64,000 nt of DNA from Octopus sinensis (GCF_006345805.1 NC_043016.1:4278001-4342000); one strand, 5' to 3'. Positions 25,122 to 37,470 are shown, counted from the first letter of the stretch. Made by a program: numbers and translations. Notes: generated from the sequence alone by a model not told the origin.

Positions 25122-25636
25122 TACACACACGTTTCCATACGTGTCAAATCTAAAGTGTACCAGGTTATAATGCTTTCTTCCCTGCTATAAGGAGCTGGTA
25201 CTTGAACAGTCTATAAAGCTCAAGTTGACAAGCTACGTACATGTATGATGAGACAGTTGTGACAAATCATGAATGTTACTCTATTTGACAAGATCAGCAA
25301 TGAAAAGATCCTATGGTGTGGCTGTCTGCCTCCTATGATGGAAATCTTCATAGATAGAAATTTACATTGGTAGGGTCACACACACAGGATGGACAACAAC
25401 AGACTCCCTAGATAAATCCGTTACTCTCAACTATGCAAGGGAAAAAGAAACCATGCAAGACCTAGTCTGAGATTCAAAGATGCTGCAAAAAGGAATACGA
25501 AGGGGAAAGGAATTGATCATAATGAATGGCAAACTCAAGCAAAGAAACAAGCATTATGGAAAAAGCTTATCAAGTCATACCAAGCCATGAACAGTCATAG
25601 CTGAATATATATATATATACACACCTCCCACACATA

Positions 25637-25684
<48 letters not shown>

Positions 25685-25714
25685 TATATATAATATATAT
25701 ACATATATGTTTGT

Positions 25715-26090
25715 GCTGTAGGCACGTAACAAACACCATCCGATCGTGGCCGTTCGCCAGCCTCATCTGGCACCTGTGTCGGTGGCACATAAAAAACACC
25801 ATCCGAGCATGGCCGTTCGCCAGCCTCGTCTGGCACCTGTGTCGGTGGCACATAAAAAACACCATCCGAGCATGGCCGTTCGCCAGCCTCATCTGGCACC
25901 TGTGTCGGTGGCACATAAAATCACCCACTACACTCTCGGAGTGGTTGGCGTTAGGAAGGGCATCCAGCTGTAGAAACACTGCCAGATCTGACTGGCCTGG
26001 TGCAGCCTTCGGGCTCCCCAGACCCCAGTTGAACCGTCCAACCCATGCTAGCATGGAAAACAGACGCTAAATGATGATGATGATGATGAT
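25715..26090 (+). mobile_element. Young RTE-clade 3' UTR with three near-identical 63-nt repeats
   Basis: Units start at 25731, 25794, 25857; palindrome at 26043-26056; (GAT)n tail. Confidence 0.88.
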
Positions 26091-26091
26091 A

Positions 26092-26480
26092 AGAAACAAA
26101 CATAGCCAGATCTTCTCTCAAAGAAGCTTGAGAGGCGGTTGGATGGAACCTACACTCGCCTCCTTATGAGAGCTCAAAATCTCTCGTGGAAGCATCATCC
26201 GACCAAAATACAAATATATGGGAAACTACCACCTGTATCATCTCCTGTGAAAGGTAGAAGAGTCCAGTTTGCTGGACATTGTTGTAGAGCTGAAAACGAG
26301 GTAATTTCTACTCTTCTCCTCTGGAAGCCATCTGCTCGTGATACCAGAGGGTGCACACTCTCCTACCCTGATGTAATCTCCAGGGATACAGGCATCCAGC
26401 AACAGGACCTCCGTAATGCTATGATGGACCGTGAAGGCTGGCGTAGCATGGTAAATTCCATTGATGATGATGATGATGAT
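26092..26480 (+). mobile_element. 3' end of a second RTE-like LINE family, abutting the (GAT)n tail of the preceding element
   Basis: ORF 26139..26528 reads DGTYTRLLMRAQNLSWKHHPTKIQIYGKLPPVS...RRVQFAGHCCR...DREGWRSMV; (GAT)n tail. Confidence 0.8.
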
Positions 26481-26769
26481 GTTTGTATGTGTGTGCATTT
26501 TTGTGTTTGTCCCCTCCCCACTGCTTGACAACCTGTGTTGGTTTGTTTACGTACCCATAACTTAGTTTAGCAAAAGATATCAGTAGCACTGGCAGGGTCA
26601 TCAAGTTCATCTTGTATAATTGTGTGTGTGTGTGGGGATCACGCACACATGTACAGTTATGCCTGTTTTTATGGCTGTGATTGCACGTTTCTGTCATACA
26701 GGTACTGTTGTTCATTTCCATTGTTTCCTGAAGAGTGAGTCTGGCCATGTGAAACATTACCTTACTCTC

Positions 26770-26957
26770 TCTTACTTGTTTCAGTCATCTGACTGCTGCC
26801 ATGCTGGAGTATCACCTTTTAGTCAGACAATTCGACCCCAGGACTTGTTCTTTGTAAGCTTAGTACTTATTCTATCAGTCTCTTTTGCCAAACTGCTAAG
26901 TTACAGAGACGTAAACACAACATCAGTTGTCAACCAATGGTTGGGGGGGACAAACAC

Positions 26958-26999
<42 letters not shown>

Positions 27000-27460
27000 C
27001 ATCATCATCATCATTTAACATCCGTGTTCCATGCTAGCATGGGTTGGACAGTACCACAAGGGCCAGCCAGGCTGAAGTTTACACCAGACTTCTATGACTG
27101 TTTTGGCAGGATTTTTACACCTGGATGCCCTTCCTAGCACCAACCACTCAGCAGAGTGGACTGAGTGCGTTTTATGTGGCACAAGTAGAGGTGAGGTCAG
27201 TTTTGGCAAGGTGTTTACTGCTGGATGCCCTTCTGAACAGCAACCACTTCACAGTGAGGACTGGGTACTTTTAAGTGGCACCTGCTCTGACAGGGTTACG
27301 ACAGGCTTCTTCAGTTTTCATCTACCTAATCCACTCACAAGGCTTTGGTTGGTGTGAGGCTATAGTAGGAGACACTTGCCCAAGGTACCATACAGCGGGA
27401 CTGAACCCGAAACCATGTGGTTGGGAAGCAAGCTTCTTACACACAACCACTCTTGCGCCT
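26770..27460 (-). mobile_element. Group B SINE split by an RTE tail insertion (about 26998-27300)
   Basis: Head and core at 27310-27460, tail at 26770-26960. The RTE tail with CCATGCTAGCATGG (27029-27042) sits in the internal (CA)n tract. Confidence 0.8.
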
Positions 27461-27480
27461 TGGTAATATCTCTAGGAAGT

Positions 27481-27715
27481 GTGGCAAGGTGGCAGAATCA
27501 TTAGCCTGCTGGGCAAAATGCTTAGTGGTATTCTGTCTGCTGTTACATTCTGAGTTCAAATTCCACCATGCTAAACTTTGCCTTCCATTTTTTCGGGGTT
27601 AATTAAATTAGTACCAATTATGCACTTGGGTCGATGTAATCAACTTAATCCCTTTGTCTGTCCTTGTTTGTCTGTTCTATGTTTAGCCACCTGTGGGCAA
27701 TAAAGAAATAGATAT
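27481..27715 (+). mobile_element. Group A SINE with alternative 3' tail
   Basis: Same structure as 17876-18090. Confidence 0.8.
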
Positions 27716-28592
27716 TTCTAGGAAGCACAGCCAGGTGTAGAAAAAACTGTCGCAACATATTCCATTTGACCCATGTAAGCATAGAAAAGGGGAAATTAAA
27801 GTAAGAATAATGATGATAATAAGTATTTTTTGTGCATATATGTTTTTCTCTCTCCATCGTTTTCAACATCCAAAACTCAAGATTTTATCTCTGTCCTCAT
27901 GAGCACAAATACATTTTGACAGTGTGTTCAAGAGCTTCCTAACAGCAACATACAGCGCTAGTTCTTTATGACCCTTATTCCTTCATTACATTTCTGGCTT
28001 TTCTTCAATTTTCTTACATTTCTATTTTTCCATCTAAATTATAAATGCATTCCCCTACACCTTCCCTCCTTCATTCTCCTTATTATAGTCCTCTCTCTTT
28101 CTTTCTTTCTCTCTCTCTCTCTTTATCTATCTATCTCCTATATATCTACCATATGATGCTTCAGGCTGCAATATATTTGAGTTTACAAGAGATTTTATTG
28201 TGGGACGGCCAAGTTATACTAAGGGACATAACTCTGACTTTGAATGCCTTGGTGCTTTTGTACATATTTTAACCTAAGCATGTCTCCCTTGTTCCTTTCT
28301 TCCTGTTTGGCAGAAGACTAGCAGCTTATTTTTACCATTGTCCTTCTCCCTTATCTCATGACTATTCTTATATTGTTTGGAGCAATACCCTGGTTATACT
28401 TTTACCAGTGAACCATGTCAAATGGTTATTTAATCTTCTTAGATTTCACATGACTTCAACCAGTAACTTTGGTTGAAAACAGTTCTTACTTTATAATATT
28501 GTATTAAAATTATACCCTGTATCCTCCCTAATTATATATAATATGCTTTTTTGTTCTGACTAAAAAGCTACACGTGTGTGTGGGTGTGTATG

Positions 28593-28624
<32 letters not shown>

Positions 28625-29050
28625 TTCATTGTATCCATAAAGTCATGGTGGGATTTCAAAATTATTTATTGATGTAACTTGCAACACTACACATTTCGTA
28701 TCCCTGTTGAATAAGACACCAACTAAATGAAGTTTACATACAGTTCCATTCATTAACATAGATGCATTTAATTGATGCTCCAGTTGTTGTCAGACTTGGC
28801 TTTATGGACATCATCATCATCATCATCATTGTTTAACATCCACTTTCCATTCTGGCATTGTTGGAGAATATATGTATATATATATAATGATAAAAGTTAT
28901 ACTTTTCTACATGTATAGGATGATTTTTCTCTGCCTGGAAATTCAAATGCAAACATGTGTATACATATGTATGTGTGTATATATGTGTGTGTAGTTTGTG
29001 TATGTATATGAATGTATATATACATGTGTCTGTGTGTTTGTATGTATATA

Positions 29051-29090
<40 letters not shown>

Positions 29091-29189
29091 GTGTATTGAA
29101 GGCCTATCTCTAGGCACTGAGCTTTACAAAGGAGATGACTAAGGGCCAAGATATCTGAGGTATTCCTATACTCAAGAAGTTTCGTCCAC

Positions 29190-29380
29190 AATGGTGCTGC
29201 TGTCACTTAAAAAGCACCCAATTCCCTCTGTGCAGTGGTAGGCATCTGGAAGGGCTTCCAGCAGTAGAAACCATGCCAGAACAGACAGTAGAGATTGATA
29301 TGGTGTGCATCCTTACCAGTGGCCAGTCAAACCATCCAACCAATGCTAGCATGAAAAACAAATGTTAAGTGATGATGATG
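29190..29380 (+). mobile_element. Degenerate RTE 3' tail
   Basis: AAAAAGCACCC...GGAAGGGC...CCATCCAACCAATGCTAGCATG...(GAT)n. Confidence 0.7.
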
Positions 29381-29385
29381 AATGT

Positions 29386-29430
<45 letters not shown>

Positions 29431-29814
29431 CTTGCATATTTAATGTTAATGTCATGCTCCATATTTTGAACTCTTGTCCTAGTGTGTTTCTTGAATGTGG
29501 AGCCCCTGAGAATATATTTTTTTCAATAGATCATTGTAATTTTTAAGGGTTTATTCATTTATGTATTAATTTATTGCTATATATTTCAGTTGACATGTTT
29601 CTAGATTCTCTTTTTGACCTATTCTTTTGTATTTTTGTCCTATCTTCTGTCAACACTTTTTTCACATATTTATTTTTCAACCCTCCTGCCAACACCAGTG
29701 TTCAACTGTTCATCAATAAGCTATTTCTTTCTCTTCACAACTCACTCTCATTCCATTACTAATTACTCTACCCCATACCCCTGCCAACAATGCATCCACT
29801 TATCTGCTGGAGTT

Positions 29815-29851
<37 letters not shown>

Positions 29852-30668
29852 ACTTCCACCTTTTTAATCCAACCTTTTAACAACTCTGCCAGAACCTTCA
29901 CCAGCAACCCAACATTTTTTGTACTGCTTTGAAATTTGATATGTTTTCTACTAGTTCTTTGAAGACACCTGGAGTCATCTCAGGTTTAGAATACCCAATC
30001 AACATTTTTGTTTCAAGCTTCAGTGTCCCCCTTTTGTGTGATGTCATTAGGACCAAGTGTCTTCATATGTCTTCATACTTTTTAATAACAAAGAGAAAAT
30101 CAATAATTACATATTAGAGAATTTAATTTACCTATTCATAAATTTATTGCTACAAAACTTATTTATTTGTCTCTGTCTCTTTACCCCCTCTCTGTATCTC
30201 TCTCTTACTCTCTCTATCTATCTCTATCTCTTTTGTACTTAGGTATTACTTTCATGATACTTTCTTACCTTTGAACACAGGTATCTTATGGATTACAATT
30301 TTTGTATGCATATTATAAAACCTATCATCAAAAAAGCTTTTTTAATAACACAATTTGCCTTGGAGCATTACAAACTGGAATTGCATCTTTTAGAATCACC
30401 ATTATTCTTAATCGTAACCCATTCAGACAGATGTTACTGTTTCAGTTTCAAAAAGCAATAACTAAATTGTATTTGCATTTCTAAGTTAGGTTAGTCAATA
30501 GAAAAAAAAGGCAAAGCACCTAAAAAGAATATGCATGATAATTTTTTTCTGGTTGAGCAGAATAAGTGTAACACGCATAACTTTTTGCTGAGGCTAGAAA
30601 CATTACTTGAAAGAAAAGGAAGAAGAAATTTCAGGTCATTGGTCATAACAGTAAAAGCACCACATTAA

Positions 30669-31753
30669 CCCTTTCGTTACCAAACCGCCCAAAGCCACCC
30701 GAAAAAAATTTTGGTTAATGTGACCAAACAGCCCAAACCCGCCTGTATTTACCTATTCATATTTAAATGAGAATATCAGAGCAAATCTCTTTAGTACATT
30801 CGTGAAAACACGTATTATACTTCGTAAACAGTTCAACTACAGTTTTGTACTACAATCGAAGTATAATTTTAATTCCGTGAATTTTGGGAGATTTTTTTCC
30901 GAAATTTGTTCCTATTGTGTTTTCAAAATTTGTAATTCTGACAAAAAATGGATACGAATTTCATTATATCAAGCAGCGAGTCAGAATTCGAAGGATTTTC
31001 TACTGAAGACCTTCATAAATTTAACTCTATGACTGAAAAAAAAAAGCACGTGGTATTTGATAATGAATCTGATGTTTCATTTTCTGAAAGTGAAAACAGT
31101 GAATCCGAGAGCTCCGACAGCGATAAAGAAAATGAATTGGCACCTGAATGGAGTGAAAATTTAAAAACTGTTTCTTTCGGTGATTTTTCTGAAGAAACTG
31201 GACCAAGCCACAGACTTTCCCAGGAGAGTAAAGCCTTAGACTATTTCTTTTTTACTTTTTCGAATGAGCCTATTTGAAATCATTACGGCGGAAACGAACC
31301 GTTACGCTAAATGTAAACAAAACGAAAGAAAGGATAGTTTGTGGTTTCCCACAACCTTAAATGAAATTAAGACTATTTTGCCATAAATATTATTATGGGT
31401 ATCAGAATGTTACCCAAAATAACAAATTCTATCGTAAAATTTTGTTGTATACCCAATTGAATATTAGCTAATAACCCATTTTCTATAGCGATGTTTGAAC
31501 AAAATTTTAATAATTTCATATTTTGTTGAATTTACCTGTATCTACCTACAATTAGAGTCACTTTGTGACAAAAATCATAGTATAGAATTGGTTGAGAACA
31601 TTTCATTAAATTATCTTTCAAAAATCATTAATATATTGATAAATAAAAAAGTTATAGTTGTTTAATGAAACCAGACTAAATTTATGATTATGTTAGAAAT
31701 TAATTGAAACACATAAGGGGTGTATTTTGGTCAGAAATATAGTAACGAAAGGA
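30669..31753 (+). mobile_element. Internally deleted piggyBac transposon (1085 bp)
   Basis: TTAA at 30665-30668 and 31754-31757; 12-bp TIR CCCTTTCGTTAC with one mismatch. Acidic N-terminal ORF 30948..31277, then frameshifted LFEIITAETNRYAK...WFPTTLNEIK...IIMGIRMLP. The catalytic core is absent. Confidence 0.9.
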
Positions 31754-33431
31754 TTAAGGAAAATTCTGAGTTTTCCTCTCACCAAAAAAAACTTGATCTG
31801 AATACTTGAGACAGAATAAGCTTGACTAAAATCAACCAAGGATCAGTTAATAATGTTATGTAACAGAGATGACAACTTAATAGGTACAATACTATCGGCC
31901 TTTACACACTTTCTCCAATTTTATACTTATATTGATTTAAGATGTTGTACTGTGGCATTGAACTCGGAGGCACGTGACTATGAAGTCATGTTCCATACAA
32001 AAAAAAAAAACTACTTTTGTCTGTTTTCAAAACTTCCCATTCAATCAAGAATTCTACCTGTACATATGTTCACTCAATAATATAGCACCAACATTGCATT
32101 CTATCATTTTGATCCAATTACTTCAAAGGTAAGTCACATATGAAAACAACCGTTCATGTTTACGTTTGTGTTGCTGCCCTGGCATCAAGAAAAGAAGAAT
32201 TAAATGTTGTGTGTTGAAACATATACACTTCATTAGGCAGTCAAGTAAAACATCACAACTGTACAATTTATTCTTTTGAAGATGTACACACATTGTTTCG
32301 ACATCATTCATCACAAGCCCGCATTTCTGTATGTATGCATGTTGAATGGGGTGGGGCGAGAGTGTGAGAGAGAGAGAGTTGTCATTCTGAATAAAGCACC
32401 ATTTATCTTCCAGTCAAGAGTGGCAAGTAAGAGTTATACAGAGAAATATTGTGGATGTCATCTGATACCACAGTTGCTTAGAAAGATGATGTGGTTTGTT
32501 GTATTTCTCTACACTGGAAAGAACCTCGTAATATTGTTCTATGATTACTTCATAGATTTTAAAATGGTTACCAAATGAGTCACTGCAAGAATTCCTAGCA
32601 GAAGGTTACTTGAACAATTATCTGACCCCTAACTTGTTACATTCTTATTATTTTGTGATTTGAGGCACATCTACATAGAAAAGTATAAAATTGAATCAGT
32701 AATCTAGCAATGCAAGATGGATATTAATAAGTAGTTATGAGTCAAAGTTTGTTGACATTGGACTATATATATATATTATAAAAATAAATGCATTTTGCAA
32801 CTATTACAGAAATAAATTAAGCATGGTAATTAGTGACCAAGAAAGACTAAGAACCAGATATAAATTATGGTCATAAATACATAAAAATAAAGGAAATCTA
32901 TATTTGTAAAATATATTAGTGTGTCTACAAGACAGATTTTCTTGAGGGTAGTATATCTTCAGTTATAATATGAAATAGAATTAGCTTTTCTTTCTTTTTT
33001 CTTTATTGTTGCATTATGGTAAGTTTTACGGGTGAAAAATTTAACTCAATAATTCTAAATACCAACTGTTTAATTTGATTAGGGCAGTAATTTTGATATA
33101 TTTGCTGTGGGAATTGAAATGCCATTATCAAGATTTCTAGCTATGCAATCATTTCATGTTTAAATACTTTATGATTGCAATTAACTTGAGTCTCATTCAT
33201 CTTATTTAATTAGCTGTTGCTTGTTTGTAGGCTTTGTACAAGTCGCATATGCAAAAATAGCATTAACGCCTTTCACCATCATATATATAGTTCCATTAAA
33301 CTTTAAAAATCTGAATCAAATTCAAATTTGTTAGCTTTAGATTTGAAATTCCATAAGCAATGCTGACTGCTTTTATTTGGGATTAGAAAAACTGTGTATG
33401 TGAGGAATACCTGATTTTGGAAACAGATATA

Positions 33432-34213
33432 CAGGGTGTAATGAATATATATTGTCATCTAAATTATTCAAAAATGAAGATAACACTGACATCTCATTTT
33501 ATCAGATATATTTACCAAAATTATATAAAAATATCTTGAAATTCTAAAGAGTAAATTTATTCAATAAAATCACCATTGCCATCAACCACAGCAACCAGAT
33601 GTCTTCATAATCTTTGCCTTCAGTCCATCTTTCGTGTTACAAGGAATTTTGTTGGTCTCTCGCTCAGCTACGCCCCACACATAATAATCAAAGGGGTTGC
33701 AGTCTGGGGCATTAGGTGACCAGATGTTAGGGGTGATGTGGTTGCAGAAATTGTCTGACAGCCATGACTGGGCTCTTCTGCTTGTGTGGCACGATGCAGA
33801 ATCCTCCAGCATAACACCCTTCAGCCAATGATGTAGGCCTCTGTGTTGAGTCTGAAGCCATGTGGGAAGATGAATGGAGGCATAATGTTGCCACCACTGG
33901 TGATCTCTCCAAACACCATAATGTTGACTGGATTCTTGATTTTTATCACTCTCTGTATATGTTTTGGGGACACAGCAGGCCAACAGTTGTTCTGTGTGTT
34001 CACCATCTGTTTGTACTGGAGCTTCCGGCGCGAAAGCAAAGCAGTACAGCATGTTGTTTCCAAACTTCTGGCAGAGTGAATTGCCTCATGGTGCTGTTTT
34101 TCCCACAGATAGTGCCCAACTGACCCTACTATAATGTGTAGTCAATGAAAACAAACAGTGTGCATGCACGAAATTAAAAATATAAAAGCCGACAATTTAC
34201 CCATCGCACCCTG
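33432..34213 (-). mobile_element. Tc1/mariner-superfamily deletion derivative, DD37D (maT-like), 782 bp
   Basis: TA at 33430-33431 and 34214-34215; imperfect TIR CAGGGTG..ATG..TA.ATTGTC. Minus-strand remnants NIMVFGEITSGG and EDSASCH...WSPNAPDCNPFDYYVWG, with 37 residues between the second and third Asp. Confidence 0.85.
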
Positions 34214-34823
34214 TAAATCCTGTTTATTGCCTAATTGCATTATGGCTATTGATATTACATCCCAATAAGACAATTTTCCTGAGCTAATATTCCTTAAGGG
34301 AATATTGATGAACAAATTCTACAATTGCATCTATTTCTAGAAACTCTCATATTAATTTGACTGTTGGTAGATGATAATTGGCGTAAAATATTTGCAGTAA
34401 ATAAAGTTTCTTTATCTTTACCAAATATGACAGGCACTGTATTTTATTGCCAACTAAACACATTACTTATGTTGTTGTTATTGGTTTGTTCTGAGAATCA
34501 TCTTAAATTAATGAGTTGTGAAATGATTACCATGGCTTTCATTAATATCATTTTTCATATTTGATAAATTCTTGTTTGTTTTATCATTATTGCCTCTATT
34601 AAGTTTAAAATACAGGCAGCAGTTCGGAGTAGTGCAATAAGAATGTTTTACAATGTGTTAAAAGATGGTAGTATCTCTTCTGTGGTGGAGAATTTTGTTC
34701 TAATCATATTTAAAAAATGCCTTATGTTTATTCTAACTTGTAAGGAGTATGGAGGATTGTAGCATGTTACATTCCTCCTTTTAGTTCATTTTGCACTAAT
34801 AATTCTGTGGTTTATACTTTTTA

Positions 34824-34864
<41 letters not shown>

Positions 34865-35290
34865 CTCTAACTTTTCCTGATTTATCTGTGTCATGTCTCA
34901 GCTCCATCCTGTGGCTTGCAGACACAACACTTGCCTCAACAAGTGTTCCAAGTATTGTTACTGACTGAATACTTCCTATAAAGTCTGATATTTGCAGTTT
35001 TTTATGCCAGAATATTGCTTTCTTGAGATGGTCCCAAGTACACTGATCAGAATAGGTACCACACTCTATGGATTCTTTTCACTTCCAATCCTAGGTCTTG
35101 GTATGTCACACCTTTCTCATCCTCTCTCTACACAATATTCTAATCTGCAGTTATAGCAGATTAGAAGGTCCATTTTTTTGGACTCCTTCAATAGGAGAGT
35201 GACTGGTTATGTTGCAGCTTCTTGTCTGTGTATTTTGCCATATCCAATATGAGTTTCGCCTGTTGATACTCTGCTATTGGCAAAGGTTGA
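34865..35290 (-). mobile_element. Degenerate R4/Dong LINE 3' end abutting (ATT)n at 34826-34865
   Basis: Minus-strand remnants WYENQPLPIAE, YTDKKLQHN, TYQDLGLEVKRIH, LGTIS, ILGT. Confidence 0.7.
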
Positions 35291-37020
35291 TTTTCATACC
35301 ACTTGTTGGAACATTCTAGCCCATGCTCCTTGCACAATTCCCAGTGTATTTACACTGGCATTTTTTTGTGTTGGTGGTGGGAGAATTGTACTCCTATTGC
35401 TGTAACCCATGCTGGCAGAATCTGTCCAGGCTCCATCCCTATTCTGGCGTGCTTTCTACATCTGGATGCTTTCCTAATGCCAGCCACTTTACAGAGCATA
35501 CCTGGTGCTCTCACACAGCATCCGCATGGATACTTTTATGTGACACCAGCACCTACAAGCCCAAAAGATTAGGAATGCTCAGCTAGAGAGGGATGCAGGG
35601 ATCAAACCTGTATGCCAGAACAATCTGGATTTCTCTTAGCTTGACATGTGTTCCCAAGCATGGCAAACCGTCAGAAGTCTCAGTCCCTTGTCATCACCTC
35701 TGTGAAGCTCAACATCTGGAGATCCTTTCTCACCACTTTGTCCCATGTCTTCTTAGGCCTACCCCTTCCACATGTTGCCACCACAGTTAGTGATCATGAC
35801 ATCTTGAGGCACCTACCTTCATTCGTATGCATTATGTGACTGTGACAGTGCAGTCTTCTCTCTTGTACACTACACCTAATGCCTCGTATACTCAGTTTTT
35901 CTATCAAATCACTTACACTTTGTTGGATATGCACACTAACATTACCCATTGAGTAGAGCATATGGGTTTCATTTCTTTCAAGCCTTCTTATGCCTTCAGT
36001 ACTCACTGTCCATATCTCACTGCCATGTAGCATAGCTTTTCATACACAGGCATATAATCTGCCTTTTACAGTAAGGAAGAAGCCTTCTGTTACTAATAGA
36101 GCATTCTCACAGCTATGCTTTCAGAACAACCTCCACCACTGCTAACTTGGTCACCTAAGTAACAGAGACTGTTTACTACTTTTAAGGATCCTCAATGTCA
36201 TTTGAAGGAGTTTATTTTTTTGTACATTTCTGGTGTTTAATGTCCCTGCACATCTCCCAAATGTAAAGACTACTTTCTCTGTTAATCTTCCAGTGATGCC
36301 ACTGCACCTCTTATGTGTCCATGACTTGCACTGGGTATACTGTATGGAGTTTTTCTTGATACCTTTTCTACATATTGAGCAGGGCCATTGCCCTGAAGTC
36401 ATCTGTGATTTGACTGTTTTCCTACTTATTAGGACTTTAGTCTTTGCTAAATTAGTACTAAGGCCCTTTGATTCCAGACCTTGCTTCCAAACCAGAAATT
36501 TCTTCTCTAGATCTGGCAGTGATTTTGTGACAAGAATAAAGTCATTGGTCCACCAGTCTTAAATTCTTGTTTTAGCATGGAAGATTATGATAAACCAGAG
36601 TGGGGTGGTGCAAGAACTGATCACTGGTGGACTGCTACTTGTACACTAAATTCCTTGCTATACTTATTGGCAACGTCCACCTTACTGGTAGCATCCCTGC
36701 ACGTGGCTTTTACAGCTGTCACCAACCACTCTTCCACATTGCCTACAAGATAGGGAGTAGCAGAGATCCCTGTTAAAAGCTTCGACCACCATATCAACTA
36801 AAACCAGATACAGAGTTTATTGTTGGTCAGGTGTTTCTCTTGCAGTTGCCTCATTAGGAAGATGGCATCATTAGTGCTTCTGCCTGGCACAAATCCAGAC
36901 TGCATCTCACCTATGCTAACTCTCTTCCTAATTAATTGATCTATGACTCTTTCTATAACTTTCATTACCTGATCCAGGTGATGCCTTTGTAATTATTTCT
37001 GTCTAAGGCATTTCCTTTGT
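35290..37020 (-). mobile_element. Degenerate RTE-clade LINE (RT, Cys-rich insert, C-terminus, 3' tail)
   Basis: QVMKVIERV...GFVPGRSTNDAIFLMRQLQEK; SGQWPCSICRKG...WTHKRCSG; MLHGSEIWTV...QERRL; RTE tail remnant at 35290-35560. Confidence 0.85.
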
Positions 37021-37199
37021 GATACCTGTCTAGTGCTGGGTAGACCAGTGAGCCTTGTTAAGCTTGTAAGCAAGCTCCTTAGTTCTGATGACCTGATGAC
37101 CACCCATCTAGGAGAGGAGGAACAACCCGCCCATCTCAGGAATGCATGGAAAGATGATGATATGATATATATAGTTAAGTGTGTATGTGTATGACAGAC

Positions 37200-37470
37200 T
37201 CTTGCATCAAAGATGACGGGTATGAATGTTCAGCTTTTGTTGAATGGCCTGCTCAAGTGATTTGTTTAAGTGATCAAATGGACATGCTACACATTAGCCT
37301 ACTCTCTTCATCAAACAGACGTTGTCTGAACAGTTGCACTGTGTACCACGTGTCAGCTTCTGAAGTAATTACAGAGCAATGTGAGATGAAGTGTTTTGCT
37401 CAAGAACACAACCACACCACCTGGCCTTGGAATTGAAATCACAATCGCTAGGTCATGCACCCTCAAAAAT
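37200..37470 (-). mobile_element. Degenerate tRNA-derived SINE (TTCTTGAGCAAAACACTT core type)
   Basis: Core shared with 54470-54812. Confidence 0.55.

Noticed and set aside
25731-25920. CRISPR-like or coding 63-nt repeat array
   Set aside because: Units are contiguous with no unique spacers and lie in an RTE 3' UTR; eukaryotic context.
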